Positions 61,632 to 64,000 of a stretch of 64,000 nt of DNA are shown here, piece by piece. This DNA is from Candidatus Woesearchaeota archaeon (GTDB lineage Archaea > Nanobdellota > Nanobdellia > SCGC-AAA011-G17 > JACPIM01). Where the stretch lies: the NCBI GenBank assembly GCA_964513145.1, contig CAZELK010000003.1, forward strand, positions 48,870-112,869, written 5' to 3'. Below the pieces are notes generated by a model, which had not been told where the DNA came from, did no database searches, and saw nothing but the letters and a program-made list of their open reading frames with translations. Position 1 is the first letter of the stretch. Every line of letters begins with the position of its first letter. Made by a program: the position numbers and the translations under genes.

Positions 61632-62253
61632 TCTTGTTAACTTCGTCAATAAATTTATTTTTGCTCAAATTTCCATCTAGCATATATGCCTTTCTTGGAA
61701 CTTGGAGGACATTTTTAAATTTAATAAGTTTTTTGTATATTTTCATAGATTTTTTAATTTTTTTTCTTTTTATAATCCTCTGATATGCTTTTTCTAAATC
61801 AACTTTAATATAGATTACTATTGGAATATAACTATGCTCTTTTGCCATTTCTTTTAATCTATTCCTATACTTAACTAAATCGCTATTACTATCAGAAATA
61901 AGGTTGATATTTCTCATCATTAATAATTTAAACATTTCTTTTTGTATAACAAACAAATCTTTTAATGAAAAATCACACTTTATTTTAATTAAGTAATTTT
62001 TAATACTATCTGTAGAAATTTTAATAAAATTAAACTTTTTTTCCAATTCTTGTGAGAGAGTAGTTTTCCCGCTTCCCGGGATACTTGCTAGAATAATAAG
62101 ATAGTTATTTTTGAGCCTGCCTTCTTTAATTCTAATATTCTGGATTAAATTTCTTGCTATTAAATGCATCTCATTTCTTTTCATTTTTACTTTTGATATA
62201 ATCATCCAATAATTCTTCAGAAAGTCTTTCAATAAAATTAATTGCCCACTCAA
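61618..62253 (-). CDS. P-loop kinase (polynucleotide/gluconate kinase-like AAA_33-type); start probably at an internal Met
   Basis: ILASIPGSGKTTLSQEL Walker A. The annotated start overlaps the upstream gene by 83 nt. MKRNEMH or MHLIARN are more likely starts. Confidence 0.55.
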   Translation of the reverse strand: MSGQLILLKDFLKNYWMIISKVKMKRNEMHLIARNLIQNIRIKEGRLKNNYLIILASIPGSGKTTLSQELEKKFNFIKISTDSIKNYLIKIKCDFSLKDLFVIQKEMFKLLMMRNINLISDSNSDLVKYRNRLKEMAKEHSYIPIVIYIKVDLEKAYQRIIKRKKIKKSMKIYKKLIKFKNVLQVPRKAYMLDGNLSKNKFIDEVNKINFE

Positions 62254-62929
62254 AGGTTTTTTCTGTTATGTTATATTCTTTCCTTTTTAATTCAAAGCAT
62301 TTCTTAACAACATCTAAGTTATTTAAATTCGAAAATTCATATAAGAATTTTTTTTCTACTTCAGCATCTCTATAGATGAATATTCTTTTATAAATCAAAG
62401 CAAACTTACAGGCGTAAGTTACGAATTTAACGGCTTGTTTTTTAGCTTCCTTCAAAGAGTTAGAAGTGAGATATATTTTTCTAATCCTATATCCTAGAGT
62501 CAATAATAACTTTAGTGCTTCTTCAGGTAATTCGCCATAATCGATTTGTATATTTTTTAGGATATCTTTTCCATAAAGAAGACAGTCGTAGTATTTAATT
62601 TCAAATAAAAGTAATGCGTGTCGATATTTATGGGGAAATAATAAACTACTGATAACTTCTTCTTTAATTTCTTTTTTTGATATGATATTTGTATCAATCT
62701 TTCTACCGAATTTTTTCTCAGTATCTTTTATAGCACCTTTCAAATCTAATAAGTCGTTGTAATCTGATTTATTTACAAATATATTAAGGTCTATATCACT
62801 CTTTTTATTTATTGCATTTTCGGCAAACGAACCCATTGTATAAATTGCTAATACATTATCTTTTAGTTTGTGCTTCTCAACAAGATACCTAGCAATTTTC
62901 ACTCCTTCTTTAATAGTCTTATTTAACAT
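62171..62929 (-). CDS. Pol-beta superfamily nucleotidyltransferase (KNTase/ANT-like with C-terminal helical domain)
   Basis: IYTMGSFAENAINKKSDIDLNIFV (GS...DxD). Confidence 0.6.
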   Translation of the reverse strand: MLNKTIKEGVKIARYLVEKHKLKDNVLAIYTMGSFAENAINKKSDIDLNIFVNKSDYNDLLDLKGAIKDTEKKFGRKIDTNIISKKEIKEEVISSLLFPHKYRHALLLFEIKYYDCLLYGKDILKNIQIDYGELPEEALKLLLTLGYRIRKIYLTSNSLKEAKKQAVKFVTYACKFALIYKRIFIYRDAEVEKKFLYEFSNLNNLDVVKKCFELKRKEYNITEKTFEWAINFIERLSEELLDDYIKSKNEKK

Positions 62930-63468
62930 TTTAACTTATATATCTCTGCATTTTTTATTTTCATTCTTTCAATTGATGATCGGATATCTTTATTCTCTAA
63001 ATAGCCTTTCATTAATTTTAATATAGTTCCGTTGGATATAATTAGTGCCCTTTCTTTTTCATACCTTTTTTTAAAAAGATTCACAAATTTTTTAGCTCTA
63101 ATTAGAACTTCGTATAAACTCTCTCCATTTGGAGCTTTTCTCTCTTCATAAGATCCTTTAATCTTTTTCCAGTTTATTAATTTAGAATGTTCTCCAGTAA
63201 AGAAGCCATTATCTTTTTCACGAAGTAGTTTAAAGTACTTAACTTTTAATCCAAGTTTTTCTGAAATAATTTTAGACATTTCTTTAGCCCTAATTAAATC
63301 ACTTGAGAGTATTATTGAAAAATTATATTTTTTTAATCTGCTTATTCTTCTTCTTATTTGCAACACCCCTTTATAATTTAAAGACTCATTTGTTTGTCCC
63401 TGTATTAATTTTTTCTTGTTACTATCTGTTTCTCCATGCCTCATTATATAAAACTCCATTTTAATCAA
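62923..63468 (-). CDS. histidine phosphatase family protein (PGAM/SixA-like)
   Basis: N-terminal MRHGETDSN (RHGE catalytic motif). Confidence 0.7.
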   Translation of the reverse strand: MIKMEFYIMRHGETDSNKKKLIQGQTNESLNYKGVLQIRRRISRLKKYNFSIILSSDLIRAKEMSKIISEKLGLKVKYFKLLREKDNGFFTGEHSKLINWKKIKGSYEERKAPNGESLYEVLIRAKKFVNLFKKRYEKERALIISNGTILKLMKGYLENKDIRSSIERMKIKNAEIYKLKC

Positions 63469-64000
63469 AATATCCTATAGCATTACATTTAATATCAAGA
63501 TGATATTTTATTTTTCTCTTAATTTCTTTATTGATATTCACATTCTTTTCCTTTAGTTTTAGCATTATTCTTTTATAAAGAAATTTAAACTCTGGTTTGG
63601 AAAATACATAATGCCCTGAAATAATTGTCTTTTTAATATCGCTAATTTCTCTATCCTTGTGAATCAACCATTTTTTCCATTTGTTTGAGTTGACAGCCAT
63701 TCGAATAAAAGAATCCCTCTCCTTGTGCAATCTCTTCTTAGCTAAAATATTTAATATTTCTTTGGTATGTAATGTGCCAAATTCTGGACCAATATTCATA
63801 GAATGAACGCCAGCTTCTTTTATTTTTGATAAAGAGAGATTATCTAAATAGTCACAGTTATGAGCTTTCATTCTAACATTGTATCTCTCACATAATTCTA
63901 CTGCCATTCTAAGATTTTCGATTGGATAATTTGCTTTCTTTATTTCGCCTAAATTTTCTAATTCTTTTACTAATGTCCCTATTTGCGCCACAACAAAAAA
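63461..64000 (-). CDS. hypothetical protein, first gene of the cluster; N-terminus may lie beyond the window edge
   Basis: ORF reaches 63991 and could continue past 64000. 8-nt overlap with the phosphatase gene. Confidence 0.35.
   Translation of the reverse strand, partial: FFVVAQIGTLVKELENLGEIKKANYPIENLRMAVELCERYNVRMKAHNCDYLDNLSLSKIKEAGVHSMNIGPEFGTLHTKEILNILAKKRLHKERDSFIRMAVNSNKWKKWLIHKDREISDIKKTIISGHYVFSKPEFKFLYKRIMLKLKEKNVNINKEIKRKIKYHLDIKCNAIGYFD

Overview
This 64 kb window is AT-rich, gene-dense, and reads as archaeal, most likely from a small-genome DPANN-type lineage. The archaeal calls rest on recognisable genes. These are both replication factor C subunits, Kae1, ribosomal protein L15e, peptidyl-tRNA hydrolase PTH2, and the CDP-archaeol synthase CarS next to a CDP-alcohol phosphatidyltransferase. 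An archaeal-type methionyl-tRNA synthetase, a membrane H+-pyrophosphatase and an Lhr-type helicase point the same way. A minus-strand rRNA operon (16S, tRNA-Ala, 23S) occupies about 4.8-10.1 kb. It is unusual. The tRNA-Ala carries two introns at non-canonical positions, and the 16S and 23S each carry intron-like insertions. Two further minus-strand tRNAs (a Gly-CCC and a Leu-CAA type) also appear to be interrupted by small non-canonical introns. A complete bacterial-type sigma-70 family protein, with clear sigma region 2 and region 4 motifs, lies directly downstream of the 23S. That is unexpected in an archaeon, as is an HPF/RaiA-like ribosome-hibernation homolog at 42.2 kb. Housekeeping genes include gmk, a NUDIX hydrolase, pyrD and pyrC, LemA, HtpX, Fe/Mn superoxide dismutase and a presenilin-like intramembrane protease. 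There is also TrhO, an ABC exporter cassette (ATPase, COG1361-like protein, FtsX permease), a ZIP transporter and a DRG GTPase. Several tight clusters of unknown function are worth a second look. One is a four-gene minus-strand module at the 3' end of the window: an unknown protein, a histidine phosphatase, a Pol-beta nucleotidyltransferase and a P-loop kinase. Another is a winged-helix regulator followed by five small secreted or membrane proteins. A third is an NreA-like protein beside a HerA/DUF87-like ATPase. The fourth is an AbiEii-like nucleotidyltransferase pair with an orphan UPF0175 antitoxin. The window also contains many secreted Cys-rich proteins, several ending in a transmembrane helix plus a basic tail. 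No CRISPR array or obvious transposase was seen. The ORF track uses TTG and GTG starts in places, so some CDS starts are approximate.
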